Origin: Myxococcota bacterium
GTDB taxonomy: Bacteria > Myxococcota > XYA12-FULL-58-9 > JALHOP01
DNA length: 55,331 nt
NCBI GenBank assembly: GCA_041288095.1
Contig: JBGGMJ010000160.1
Coordinates: 1 to 55,331, forward strand
Reading direction: 5' to 3'
Shown here: in pieces, positions 36,826 to 45,906 of the stretch
Numbering within the stretch: the stretch's first letter is position 1
How the letters are laid out: every line of letters starts with the position of its first letter
Program-made: the position numbers and the translations under genes
The notes under the pieces: model-generated
What the model saw: only the letters and a program-made list of their open reading frames with translations
What the model was told of the DNA's origin: nothing
The model's database searches: none

Positions 36826-37166
36826 TCTGCTCCTCCATCAAATGCCGGCAGACTTCGTGGCCAGACCCCAAAATTGGGTCCCCTCGGCCGAGCACTTTTT
36901 GGCCTCGGCTGAGGGCGCCATATGTGCCGGAAAAATCTAAAAAGTCAACAACTTACGACACGAAGCGTCGTCGCCGGCCGAGGGTTTCAACAGGCACTCC
37001 ACAGGTATTTCAACACCGCAGAACTAGTGCGGAATTCCTGAATCAATGACCCATGTGGGTGATTGCTGAATGAGGAGTCAGCAAGCAAAAGTGAGTACTT
37101 TTTGGCTCAACATGAGCGCCTACGATCGTGGGCTCGTGTGGGGTGCGGTGCGGCAGGGCGAACAGG

Positions 37167-38060
37167 TTAGCGGAGGTCGTGGTCGTCGTCGCGGGGGCCT
37201 TCCCAGCTCGACCGGCCCACCGGCAGGTGGCGAACATTCCGCTCCGAAGCCTCCGGCAACAACGTGACCGGGGCCGGCCTCCCCCCACGGCGCTCGGGCA
37301 TGGCTCGCACCGGCTTCTTCTTGCTGTCTTCGATCTCGTCGAACCGGCGCGCGACCCAAATTGCGGCCGCGATACCGCAGGCGAAGCCCAGCCCGCCCAT
37401 GCCCGCACCCCCCGCCACGGCCTCTCCGCCGACGACCGAGTAGAGGAGCAAGCCAACGCCGACGCAGACGATCACCGTCAGCGTGACCCACTTGAACCAA
37501 GGTGGCAGCTCGATGGGCGCGCCGTCGTCATCGAAGTCGATGAGCTCTTCGGCTTTCGCGGCTTCGGCCTGCATCATCAACCAGCGCCCGAGGATGATGC
37601 CGCTGACGATGGCGAAGGCCGCCGCTCCGAACAAAGCACCCGGTCCAAACCATTGTTCGAGGGTACCGTTGCGGGAAAGCACGACGACACCCACCGCGCC
37701 GCCGGCGCCCAGCAAAAACGTCACCCACCGGGTGAGCAACGAGGCCGGGCCCTTGGGCTCGGGCGCTATGTCGGCCGGGTCCGCCATAGCGGCGCGAGCG
37801 AGGGCGATGTTCCAGAGCCAGCGGCCCAGCGAGATGCCGACGATGACCGCGGCGAGAGAGAGGACGAAGGAGGCGGCGCCGTTCGACAGCGAAATGCGCG
37901 AGCCGCTCGCGGCAATGACGACAGCCAGCGCGATCAGCAACAATCCGAAGGCCCAACGCCACGCCGGATTCGGCGGCCGCTCGATGTCGAGCTCGATATG
38001 GTCGAGGTCGAGCCGCGACAAATCGAAGCCACGCAAGTCATCGTAGTCCTGACCAGCCAC
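37167..38060 (-). CDS. Hypothetical membrane protein (three pairs of TM helices)
   Basis: About six hydrophobic segments; the internal motif GIxLGRWL occurs twice. Confidence 0.75.
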   Translation of the reverse strand: MAGQDYDDLRGFDLSRLDLDHIELDIERPPNPAWRWAFGLLLIALAVVIAASGSRISLSNGAASFVLSLAAVIVGISLGRWLWNIALARAAMADPADIAPEPKGPASLLTRWVTFLLGAGGAVGVVVLSRNGTLEQWFGPGALFGAAAFAIVSGIILGRWLMMQAEAAKAEELIDFDDDGAPIELPPWFKWVTLTVIVCVGVGLLLYSVVGGEAVAGGAGMGGLGFACGIAAAIWVARRFDEIEDSKKKPVRAMPERRGGRPAPVTLLPEASERNVRHLPVGRSSWEGPRDDDHDLR

Positions 38061-38164
38061 GCTTCAGAGGTGGCATGGCGCCATCACGTCTGCAAGACAA
38101 ATGAAGCTTGGCTGACGCCGTGGCCGCGCGAGACCACCGCTGGGTATGAGTCGGGCCCGGTCGT

Positions 38165-38608
38165 CTAACGCTGCTTGCGCTTGCGTTGTAGCGCCAGCCT
38201 GGCCTGCGGCAGCTCGATCACCCTCGCACAGGGCTCACGCGACCAAGCCAGCACGATCTCGCGGCTTTCCGTCCCGGGCACGCGCTCGACCACGAAACCG
38301 AAGCGCGACAGCTGGCGCTCGACCACATCGGTTTCCAGCGGTACCCGCCCCCGCGAGCGCAGGCGGAGCTGGATGTGGCCGTCGCGGACGTCGACTGCCA
38401 GATCGTCACGTGTCGGCACCTCGCGAAACCCATGCGATCGGCGCGACACCAACTGCACCAGGACACCGAGGAGCTCGAGTCGCGGGTCGGGGGCGATCAC
38501 CGCGGCCGGTTGACCGTTGTCCGCCATCAGCGACCAGGCGTCGCTCACCTTGATGAGCACCGCCATCACTTGGGCCATGTCGGACGATGTTGGCGGCGTC
38601 GTGGTCAC
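38165..38608 (-). CDS. Hypothetical protein (147 aa)
   Basis: Co-directional, 16 bp downstream of the 38625-39230 gene; protein-like composition. Confidence 0.6.
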   Translation of the reverse strand: MTTTPPTSSDMAQVMAVLIKVSDAWSLMADNGQPAAVIAPDPRLELLGVLVQLVSRRSHGFREVPTRDDLAVDVRDGHIQLRLRSRGRVPLETDVVERQLSRFGFVVERVPGTESREIVLAWSREPCARVIELPQARLALQRKRKQR

Positions 38609-38624
38609 TTGCAGGCCTTCGCCG

Positions 38625-39230
38625 CTAACGCAGCTCCGAGCGTTTAATTTGCTCGATCACTTCGCTGTATGACGTCGCTTCGACCAAGGTCGATAGCTGA
38701 GCCGTGTACCGCTGGATGGAATCCGCGCGGTTCTCGTTACGTGCGTGTTGCAGAGCGCGATAGACGTCCACGAACGCGCGCTCGCTGTTGATGAAGAACT
38801 CGACCGCCTGGAGCACGCACATGATCGACGACAGTGTCAGCGATGGCGAACCGTGCGTGAAGATGAAGTCGCGGCCGTCGGAGTTGAGGACACGCAGCGT
38901 GACTCCAGCCGCCATGTCGGACCTGGCGGCGTGGCGGCCGGTGTCGACGTTGGCCTTGATTTGGAAGTCGGCGAAGCGAATCGTCGTCAGCGAGGGATAC
39001 TGACTGGAGTAACGCACGATGAGACCGTTGAAGAAGGCGTCGACGATGCCGACACCCTCGCCGCTGATCACCTGGCGCTCTCCGTTCTTGTCGTTGCGCA
39101 CGGTGCAGCTGATCTTGGCGACTCCGAGCTCGAGGTTCTCCTCGAGCGCGTAGGAATCGACTCGCAAGCGCAGCTCGGTGCCATCGAGAACTTCGGCGAC
39201 CAGCTTCGATATGGCGTCTTTGTGGGACAT
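38625..39230 (-). CDS. Stand-alone LeuA allosteric (dimerisation)-domain-like protein
   Basis: GEGVGIVDAFFNGL...FADFQIKA...SDMAAGVTLRV...SIMCVLQAVE parallels the 2-isopropylmalate synthase regulatory domain; GGAGG RBS. Confidence 0.65.
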   Translation of the reverse strand: MSHKDAISKLVAEVLDGTELRLRVDSYALEENLELGVAKISCTVRNDKNGERQVISGEGVGIVDAFFNGLIVRYSSQYPSLTTIRFADFQIKANVDTGRHAARSDMAAGVTLRVLNSDGRDFIFTHGSPSLTLSSIMCVLQAVEFFINSERAFVDVYRALQHARNENRADSIQRYTAQLSTLVEATSYSEVIEQIKRSELR

Positions 39231-39500
39231 GTTTACTGCCTCCGCCCCTAAGAGCGCTCTCTTAGTTCAAGGTGTGCCGATCGACATGATCGGTCAACAC
39301 ATTAGACGCCGGTGGCGCGCATTTGCTTCGCCCCGTCATCATTGAGTGTGACCCGGTTCATCTACCCGCGCGACGGGGACTTCAGGTTGCTCCCGTAAAA
39401 AAACCGACAGTGACGTACATAAAAGTACGACGGTGCTCTGACGTCGCGCGTCGAGCTGTTCGCAACGCGAGTTCTAGTCTTGTTTTTCACTCGCGATGTT

Positions 39501-40454
39501 TCAGGGGTCGCCAGCGAGCAATGGTGACCCGGGGGCGATGTAGGGTTCTGGGTGAATCGTCACCATGCAGTCGGGGAAATCGCCGCGCAGCGTCTCTTCG
39601 ATCTGGGCAGTGACAAGGTGCGCGTCGGCGAAGCTCATCTGCGCGGGTAGCTCGAGGTGGAACTCGATGACTAGGGTGCGGCCCGAGCGGCGAGTCTTCA
39701 GCGCGTGCAAGCCGAATACTTGCGGCACGCTTTGCTGAACGAGCGCGCGAATCCGCTTTCGCGTATCGTCTTGCAGCTCGCGATCCATGAGCTCGTCGAG
39801 CGCGCGCTTGCCGATGCGCCCGGCTTGCAATGCCAGCACTGTCGCCGCGGCGAAGGAGATCACCGGGTCGACCCATGACCACGCGAAGAAACGGTAGGCG
39901 AGGAGGGCGACGATCGCGGCGCTGTTGGTGAGCCCGTCGGAAACGTAGTGCGCGGCATCGGCTTCGAGCGCAATTGAGCCGTGCTGCCGCGCTTCACGAC
40001 GGAGAAACCAGCCGAGCACCAGGCTCACCGTGAGCGAAACCGCCATCACCGCGACGCCGAGCCCGGTGTGAACGATGGGCGCCGGCGACAGCAGGCGCTC
40101 GATCGCTTGCCAGACGACGACGCCGGCGCTACCGCCGAGGAGCAGTGCCTGACCGAGGCTGGACAAGCTCTCCGCTTTGCCGTGTCCCCAGCGGTGATCG
40201 TGATCGGGCGGGGCTTCGGCGCTGCGCAGAGCGATGAAGTTCATCGCGGACGTGATGCAGTCCATGCTCGAATCGACGAGGCTCGTGACCACGGCGAGTG
40301 AGCCGGTGAAGAACGCGGTCACCGCCTTGAGCAGCACGAGGAGCGCCGCGACGCCGACGGCAATCATCGCGGCGCGTGAGCGCTCGCGAGCGTCCGCCGG
40401 CTTCATGTGCGGCATGTCCCGCTCGGGGGTGCCGATGACCATGTGCGTCTGCAT
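39501..40454 (-). CDS. Cation diffusion facilitator (FieF/YiiP-like) transporter
   Basis: TGSLAV..SLVDS..D, PPDHDHRWGHGKAE, ADAAHY.SD, LKTRRSG, IHPEP. Confidence 0.93.
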   Translation of the reverse strand: MQTHMVIGTPERDMPHMKPADARERSRAAMIAVGVAALLVLLKAVTAFFTGSLAVVTSLVDSSMDCITSAMNFIALRSAEAPPDHDHRWGHGKAESLSSLGQALLLGGSAGVVVWQAIERLLSPAPIVHTGLGVAVMAVSLTVSLVLGWFLRREARQHGSIALEADAAHYVSDGLTNSAAIVALLAYRFFAWSWVDPVISFAAATVLALQAGRIGKRALDELMDRELQDDTRKRIRALVQQSVPQVFGLHALKTRRSGRTLVIEFHLELPAQMSFADAHLVTAQIEETLRGDFPDCMVTIHPEPYIAPGSPLLAGDP

Positions 40455-40474
40455 GGGAGCGGCGAAGGTAACAG

Positions 40475-40807
40475 TTACCCGCTACTTGCGAAACCCGAGA
40501 CGACGCGGACCGGTGGAGTCGAGTCGAGAATCTCGGAGACGGCGCGCAGGAAGAAGGCGTCGGGCCCCACGAACATGAGGCCGATGCCGTCATTGGCGTG
40601 GCGAACCACGCGGGCGGCGCAGACCAAGGCGTCTTCGCCCCAGACGAAGCCGATGTTCACGATGCCGTCGATCTCCGGGCGCTCGTCGGTCTCGACGAAT
40701 ATGCCGGTGACCGAGAGATCGCGTGTCCGCCCAAACGGAACCGGCTCTTCGCCCGAGCTGACGAAGAGGCAGACGTTGTGCCGTTGCGGACGGTCACTTT
40801 GGCCCAT
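40475..40807 (-). CDS. Single-domain PilZ protein
   Basis: RPQRH and DLSVTG motifs, ARVVR...GIGLMF; ATG 40807 is preceded by TGgTATTCT-N7. Confidence 0.85.
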   Translation of the reverse strand: MGQSDRPQRHNVCLFVSSGEEPVPFGRTRDLSVTGIFVETDERPEIDGIVNIGFVWGEDALVCAARVVRHANDGIGLMFVGPDAFFLRAVSEILDSTPPVRVVSGFASSG

Positions 40808-40866
40808 GCGGCGCAGAATACCATCCGCACTTGCCAACGGCTACCGCCCGGTGCAGAAGCCCCGCC

Positions 40867-41442
40867 GTGGACGTGCTCCGCCTACCCACACCGCCCCAGT
40901 GGATCGACGTGGCCATGGCCGACTTCTCGGCCGTGCTCATCGATCATTGCCATTGCGAGCGGAAAGCGGCCACCAGCGCCATTGCGATGGTGAACTGGTA
41001 TCCCTCCCACGAGGTCCTGGTGCGCCGTTTGGCGAAGCTCGCGCAGGAAGAGCTGCGTCATTTTCGCGAGGTGCACCGCGTCATCGTCCAGCGCGGTCTC
41101 ACCCTGACCCGCGATAGCGGTGACCCCTACGTGCAGCTCCTGCTCAAGCATGTGCGCACGCCCGAAGCGCAGCGCCGCACCGACCGGCTGCTCGTGAGCT
41201 CCTTGATCGAGGCACGCTCCTCGGAGCGTCTCCAGCTCATCGCCGATGCTCTCACCGGCGACGAGGAGCTGGGGCCGTTCTACAAGGCGCTCGCTACAGC
41301 GGAGCGTGGCCACTACAAGCTCTTCGTCGAGCTTGCGACGCTCTACGAAGATCAGGCCGTGGTCGACGCGCGATTGCTCGAGCTTGCGGACGCTGAAGCG
41401 GACATCGTGCGGCGGCTGCCCGTGGAGCCGCGCATCCACTAG
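40867..41442 (+). CDS. miaE: tRNA-(ms2io6A)-hydroxylase
   Basis: DHCHCERKAA, EELRHF, LIEARS.ER, ERGHY, PRIH (di-iron ligands). Confidence 0.92.
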   Translation: MDVLRLPTPPQWIDVAMADFSAVLIDHCHCERKAATSAIAMVNWYPSHEVLVRRLAKLAQEELRHFREVHRVIVQRGLTLTRDSGDPYVQLLLKHVRTPEAQRRTDRLLVSSLIEARSSERLQLIADALTGDEELGPFYKALATAERGHYKLFVELATLYEDQAVVDARLLELADAEADIVRRLPVEPRIH

Positions 41443-42752
41443 GGCTTCTTGCGCCACTCGCTCAAGCGCTCGGCGACGGCCTTCTCTTCACCGTTGCCCG
41501 ACGGCTCGTAGTAGCGGCGGCCCGCCAGCTCGTCCGGCAGATAACGCTCGACGACATAGTTGCCCTCGAACTCGTGCGGGTACTTGTAGTCCTTGCCGTA
41601 GCCCATGCTCTTCATGAGCCCGGTGGCGGCGCTACGGAAGCGGAGTGGCACGGGCAGGGAGCCGCTCTCGCGCACATCGGCGCGCGCCTTGCCGTAGGCC
41701 ACGATGACGGCGTTCGATTTTGGGGCGGCTGCGAGATACGTCGCCGCTTGGGTCATCGGCAGGACGCCTTCGGGCAGGCCCACGAGCTCGAACGCTTGCA
41801 GCGCGTTCACCGCGACCTCGAGCGCGCGCGGGTCGGCGTTGCCGATGTCCTCGCTCGCGAAGATCACCATGCGCCGCAAGATGAAGCGCGGCTGTTCCCC
41901 TGACTCGAGCATGCGCACCATCCAGTACACGGCGGCATCGGGGTCGGAGCCGCGCATGCTTTTGATGAAGGCGCTGATGACATTGTAGTGCTCTTCGCCG
42001 GCCTTGTCGTAGATGAGGGCTTTGTGTTGCGCCGCCTCCTGCACGTGCTCGACGGTGAGCGTCTTGGTGCCTGCCTGGGCGGCGAGATCGGCCGCCACCT
42101 CGAGCGTGCCCAGCGAGCGGCGCGCGTCGCCTTGAGCGAGCTCGGCGATGGCCTCGAGCACGCGCGGCTCGGCGTCGATGCCGGCGGCGCCGAGGCCCCG
42201 CTCGCGGTCGTGCAATGCGCGACCCAAGAGCGTGACGAGCTCGTCCTTGGCGAGCGACTCGAGCACGAACACGCGGGTGCGCGACAAGAGAGCGGCGTTC
42301 ACCTCGAACGATGGATTTTCGGTGGTGGCGCCTATGAGCGTCACGCGCCCCGATTCGACGTGCGGCAGCAGAGCGTCTTGCTGTGCCTTGTTGAAGCGGT
42401 GGATCTCGTCGATGAAGAGAATGGTGCGGCGGCGATGGAACTTCCAGCGCTCGGAGGCAGCAGCCACGACCTCGCGCACCTCCTTCACCCCGCTCATGGT
42501 GGCCGAGAGCACCTCGAGCTCGGCATCCACGCGGGCAGCGAGCGCGCGGGCGAGCGTGGTCTTGCCGGTGCCCGGCGGACCCCAGAGAATCATCGAAGGG
42601 ATCTCGCCGCGTTCCACCAAGCGCTCGAGGGCGCGGCCTGCCCCGAGGATCTTGGTCTGGCCGACCATCTCCGCGAGCGTGCGCGGCCGCATGCGCTCGG
42701 CGAGGGGAGCGCCGCGCGTGTCCTTGGCGGCGGCTTGGGTGAAGAGATCCAT
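41439..42752 (-). CDS. rarA: Replication-associated recombination protein A (RarA/MgsA)
   Basis: PLAERMRP, WGPPGTGKTT, FIDEIHRFNKAQQD, GATTENPSF, KSMRGSDPDAA, ASEDIGNADP. Confidence 0.96.
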   Translation of the reverse strand: MDLFTQAAAKDTRGAPLAERMRPRTLAEMVGQTKILGAGRALERLVERGEIPSMILWGPPGTGKTTLARALAARVDAELEVLSATMSGVKEVREVVAAASERWKFHRRRTILFIDEIHRFNKAQQDALLPHVESGRVTLIGATTENPSFEVNAALLSRTRVFVLESLAKDELVTLLGRALHDRERGLGAAGIDAEPRVLEAIAELAQGDARRSLGTLEVAADLAAQAGTKTLTVEHVQEAAQHKALIYDKAGEEHYNVISAFIKSMRGSDPDAAVYWMVRMLESGEQPRFILRRMVIFASEDIGNADPRALEVAVNALQAFELVGLPEGVLPMTQAATYLAAAPKSNAVIVAYGKARADVRESGSLPVPLRFRSAATGLMKSMGYGKDYKYPHEFEGNYVVERYLPDELAGRRYYEPSGNGEEKAVAERLSEWRKKP

Positions 42753-42760
42753 AGGCGCCG

Positions 42761-43135
42761 CTATAGCCTGCGCACCGCGAGGTCGGAAGGCTCGGCGCCG
42801 CGCGTCGCGACGACGGCATAGACCCAGCCGGCTTGCGCAAGATGCTCGTCTCGGGCGGACAGCCGGGCCGCGCCGTTCGGGTGGCTGTGAAACACGCCGA
42901 GCACCTCGAGCCCGCGGGCGGACGCCTCACGATGCGCCGCGAGCAGTGCCGCCGGCGCCATCAGATAGCCGCGCCGTCGGTCGGCGGCCACATTCGCGAC
43001 CGGTAGCACGCGCTCGACCAGCTCGCCGTGACCCAGCAGAAAGCCGCACGCTTCCTCGGGATAGGCCGAACGCACCGCGTCCCGCATGGCGACGAGCGTT
43101 GCCTCTCCCCATTGAAGTGTGATTTCCGCGCCCAT
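42761..43135 (-). CDS. JAB/Mov34/MPN (M67) metallopeptidase
   Basis: YPEEACGFLLG and HSHP...LSARD JAMM motif. Confidence 0.9.
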   Translation of the reverse strand: MGAEITLQWGEATLVAMRDAVRSAYPEEACGFLLGHGELVERVLPVANVAADRRRGYLMAPAALLAAHREASARGLEVLGVFHSHPNGAARLSARDEHLAQAGWVYAVVATRGAEPSDLAVRRL

Positions 43136-43137
43136 CG

Positions 43138-44064
43138 ATGGCACCGCGTTCCTTCCGCTCGATCTCGACGCCGATCATCTGGGCGAGCATCGCGGTCGCG
43201 ATCACCATCGCCATGTTGGTCGGCTGGATCATCCTCATGGTCCAAAAGATGTCGGTCACTCAAGAGCTGGTGCAGAACACCTCGCTGCTCATCGCCGGCA
43301 TCATCTCCTTCCTGCTGATCACCGTCGTGCTCATCATGTTCAGCATCTTCCTCACGCGTGAGATCCTCGAGGTGCGCCGGCAGACGAGCTTCGTCGATTC
43401 CGTCACGCACGAGCTCAAGAGCCCACTCGCGTCGCTCAGGCTTTGCCTCGAGACCCTGGCGCGGCCGGAGGTCGTCGAGGAGCAGCGGGCGACGCTGCGG
43501 CAGATGATGATCGATGACGTGGAGCGCCTGTCGACGTTCATCGACGACGTCCTCGAGGCAAGTCGGTTGGGTCACGGGCTGCGGCCGCACGTCCTCGCCG
43601 ACGTCGCGCTCGGGGCCATCGTTCGCGAGATCGCCGACGGCGTCGCCAAGCGCTACCGCTTGCAGGGCTCCGAGATTGCCGTCGACATCGCGCCGGAGCT
43701 CGTGGTGCGCACCGACCGGACGGCTCTCGAGACCGTGCTCAAGAATCTATTGGACAACGCCGTGAAGTATTCCGACCCTCCGGTCCGCGTCAGCGTACGC
43801 GCTACCGAGTCGCGGGGCCGCGTCGAGATCGCCATCCGCGATGTGGGCATCGGCATTTCCCAGGCCGATCTCAAGCGTATCTACGACCGCTTCTATCGCG
43901 TCCCCATCGAGGCGGTGCGAGCACGACGCGGCACCGGTCTCGGTCTTTTTGTCGTACAATCCCTGATAAGCAGCATCGGCGGCAGGCTTCGGGCCGAAAG
44001 CGCGGGCATCGGGCAGGGAACCACCATGATCGTTACCTTGCCGTTGGATGTGAAGGATGTCTGA
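43138..44064 (+). CDS. Membrane sensor histidine kinase
   Basis: Two TM helices, H-box THELKSPL, NLLDNAVKY, DxGxG, GTGLGL. Confidence 0.94.
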   Translation: MAPRSFRSISTPIIWASIAVAITIAMLVGWIILMVQKMSVTQELVQNTSLLIAGIISFLLITVVLIMFSIFLTREILEVRRQTSFVDSVTHELKSPLASLRLCLETLARPEVVEEQRATLRQMMIDDVERLSTFIDDVLEASRLGHGLRPHVLADVALGAIVREIADGVAKRYRLQGSEIAVDIAPELVVRTDRTALETVLKNLLDNAVKYSDPPVRVSVRATESRGRVEIAIRDVGIGISQADLKRIYDRFYRVPIEAVRARRGTGLGLFVVQSLISSIGGRLRAESAGIGQGTTMIVTLPLDVKDV

Positions 44065-44803
44065 ACCCACGGAACCCAGGCGCTTGCTGATCGTCGAGGA
44101 CGAGGAACACCTCGCTACGGGCTTGCGCCTGAACCTCGAGCTCGAGGGCTATGCGGTCGATCGTGCCGCAACCGCGCGCGAGGCACGCGAGCTCCTCATC
44201 AACCCCGTCGGCTACGCCGCCATCATCCTCGATGTCATGCTCCCGGATCTCGATGGCTTCGAGCTCTGCCGTCACCTGCGCCGCGCCGGCAATCTAACGC
44301 CGGTCATCATGCTGACAGCGCGTGCATCCGCAGATGACCGCGTTCGCGGATTGGATGCTGGAGCGGACGACTACCTCGTGAAGCCGTTCCAGCTCTCGGA
44401 GCTTCTCGCGCGCGTGCGCTCCGTGTTGCGACGTAGCGTCTGGGACCGCGGTCGTGAGCGCGCGCAGCTAGGCACCAATGTCCTGGCATTCGGCGAGGCT
44501 CGCATCGACTTCGACACCCACGAGGCGACCGTGAGCGGCAAGGCGGTGCAGCTCACGCAGCTCGAGATCGACTTGGTACGCTATTTCGCGGCCAACGCGG
44601 GACGCGTCTTGTCACGCGATGAGCTACTCGAGCACGTCTGGAAACTGCGCAACTACCCGAACACCCGCACGGTCGACAATTTCATCGTCCGCCTGCGTCG
44701 TATCTTCGAGGCCAATCCGGCCGTGCCGGTGCACTTCCTGTCGGTACGCGGAAGTGGGTATCGCTTCGTGACAGAACCTTTACACAGCGTGACGAAAGCG
44801 TGA
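44057..44803 (+). CDS. OmpR/PhoB-family response regulator
   Basis: IVEDE, ILDVMLP, KPF, winged-helix RTVDNFI..LR, VRGSGYRF. Confidence 0.95.
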   Translation: MSEPTEPRRLLIVEDEEHLATGLRLNLELEGYAVDRAATAREARELLINPVGYAAIILDVMLPDLDGFELCRHLRRAGNLTPVIMLTARASADDRVRGLDAGADDYLVKPFQLSELLARVRSVLRRSVWDRGRERAQLGTNVLAFGEARIDFDTHEATVSGKAVQLTQLEIDLVRYFAANAGRVLSRDELLEHVWKLRNYPNTRTVDNFIVRLRRIFEANPAVPVHFLSVRGSGYRFVTEPLHSVTKA

Positions 44804-44853
44804 CTACGAAAGGGGGGGCGTCGGATCGATGATGTGAGGTGGAGCATCATCAA

Positions 44854-45750
44854 ATGACTGCGTATTTCGAAGCACCCACCTCCGTCATCGCTAAAGCGGA
44901 TAAGCCCACCAAGAAAGCGTCGATCGAGCGCGCCAAGCCCTACGAATGGGCTTACCTCATCCCGTTCATCGCGTGTCACCTGGTGGTCTTCGGTGCCATC
45001 TGGTCCGGAGTGACCTGGCAATCGGTGGTCGTCTGCGCCGTGCTCTACTTCGTGCGCATGTTCGGCGTCACCGCCGGCTATCACCGCTACTTCTCGCACC
45101 GTACCTTCAAGACCAGCCGGCCGATGCAGTTCTTGCTCGCGCTCATCGCCGAGAGCAGCGCCCAGAAGGGCGCGTTGTGGTGGGCGGCCCATCACCGCGA
45201 CCATCACAAATTCTCCGACACCGAGAAGGACATTCACTCACCGCGGCAGCGCGGCTTCTGGTACGCGCACTGCGGCTGGCTCTTCGACTACACGGAAGAC
45301 ACCAAGTGGGACCGCATCAAGGACATGGCGAAGTTCCCCGAGCTGGTGTTCCTGAATCGCGTCGAGAAGCTGGTGCCGACCGTGCTCGGCCTCGCGGTCT
45401 GGTGGTTCTTCGGCTGGTCCGGCCTGTTCATCGGCTTCTTCTTGAGCACCGTGCTCTTGTGGCACGGAACCTTCGTCATCAACTCGCTGGCCCACGTGTT
45501 CGGGTCGCGGCGCTACGCGACCGACGATGACAGCCGCAACAACCCCTGGCTCGCGCTCGTGACGCTCGGCGAGGGCTGGCACAACAACCACCACCACTTT
45601 CAGGGCTCCGTGCGCCAAGGCTTCTATTGGTGGGAGCTCGACATCACCTACCTCATCCTCAAGGGGATGGCGTCGGTGGGGCTGGTTTGGGATCTGCGTG
45701 AGCCGCCGGCGCGTGTCTACGAGGCGCGCGAACAGCTGCGAAAGGCCTAA
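44854..45750 (+). CDS. Fatty-acid (delta-9-type) desaturase
   Basis: His boxes HRYFSH, HRDHH, HNNHH; GGAG RBS before ATG 44854. Confidence 0.93.
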   Translation: MTAYFEAPTSVIAKADKPTKKASIERAKPYEWAYLIPFIACHLVVFGAIWSGVTWQSVVVCAVLYFVRMFGVTAGYHRYFSHRTFKTSRPMQFLLALIAESSAQKGALWWAAHHRDHHKFSDTEKDIHSPRQRGFWYAHCGWLFDYTEDTKWDRIKDMAKFPELVFLNRVEKLVPTVLGLAVWWFFGWSGLFIGFFLSTVLLWHGTFVINSLAHVFGSRRYATDDDSRNNPWLALVTLGEGWHNNHHHFQGSVRQGFYWWELDITYLILKGMASVGLVWDLREPPARVYEAREQLRKA

Positions 45751-45751
45751 A

Positions 45752-45805
45752 GTACTTCCCCGGAAGTACCGCGTACGCGGAAGTACGTTTCAGCGTACTT
45801 TTTTT
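45752..45805. promoter_or_regulatory. Cluster of GTAC-centred palindromes and direct repeats (operator array and/or weak terminator)
   Basis: GTACTTCC-cc-GGAAGTAC, CCGCGTACGCGG, AAGTACG-tttcag-CGTACTT followed by a T-run. Confidence 0.45.
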
Positions 45806-45906
45806 CGACCGCTTTTTTGCCCCGTCGATCGCCGCGGGTTACACGTCGGCTGTCCGCTACGGCGTTCCGCCGCAAGCGTCTCGACCAATCGAAAGGTTTC
45901 GCCGCC

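Noticed and set aside
42761..43135. JAB protein as part of a CBASS or ubiquitin-like defence system
   Set aside because: No CD-NTase, E1/E2 or Ubl gene is adjacent; the context is rarA and a two-component pair.
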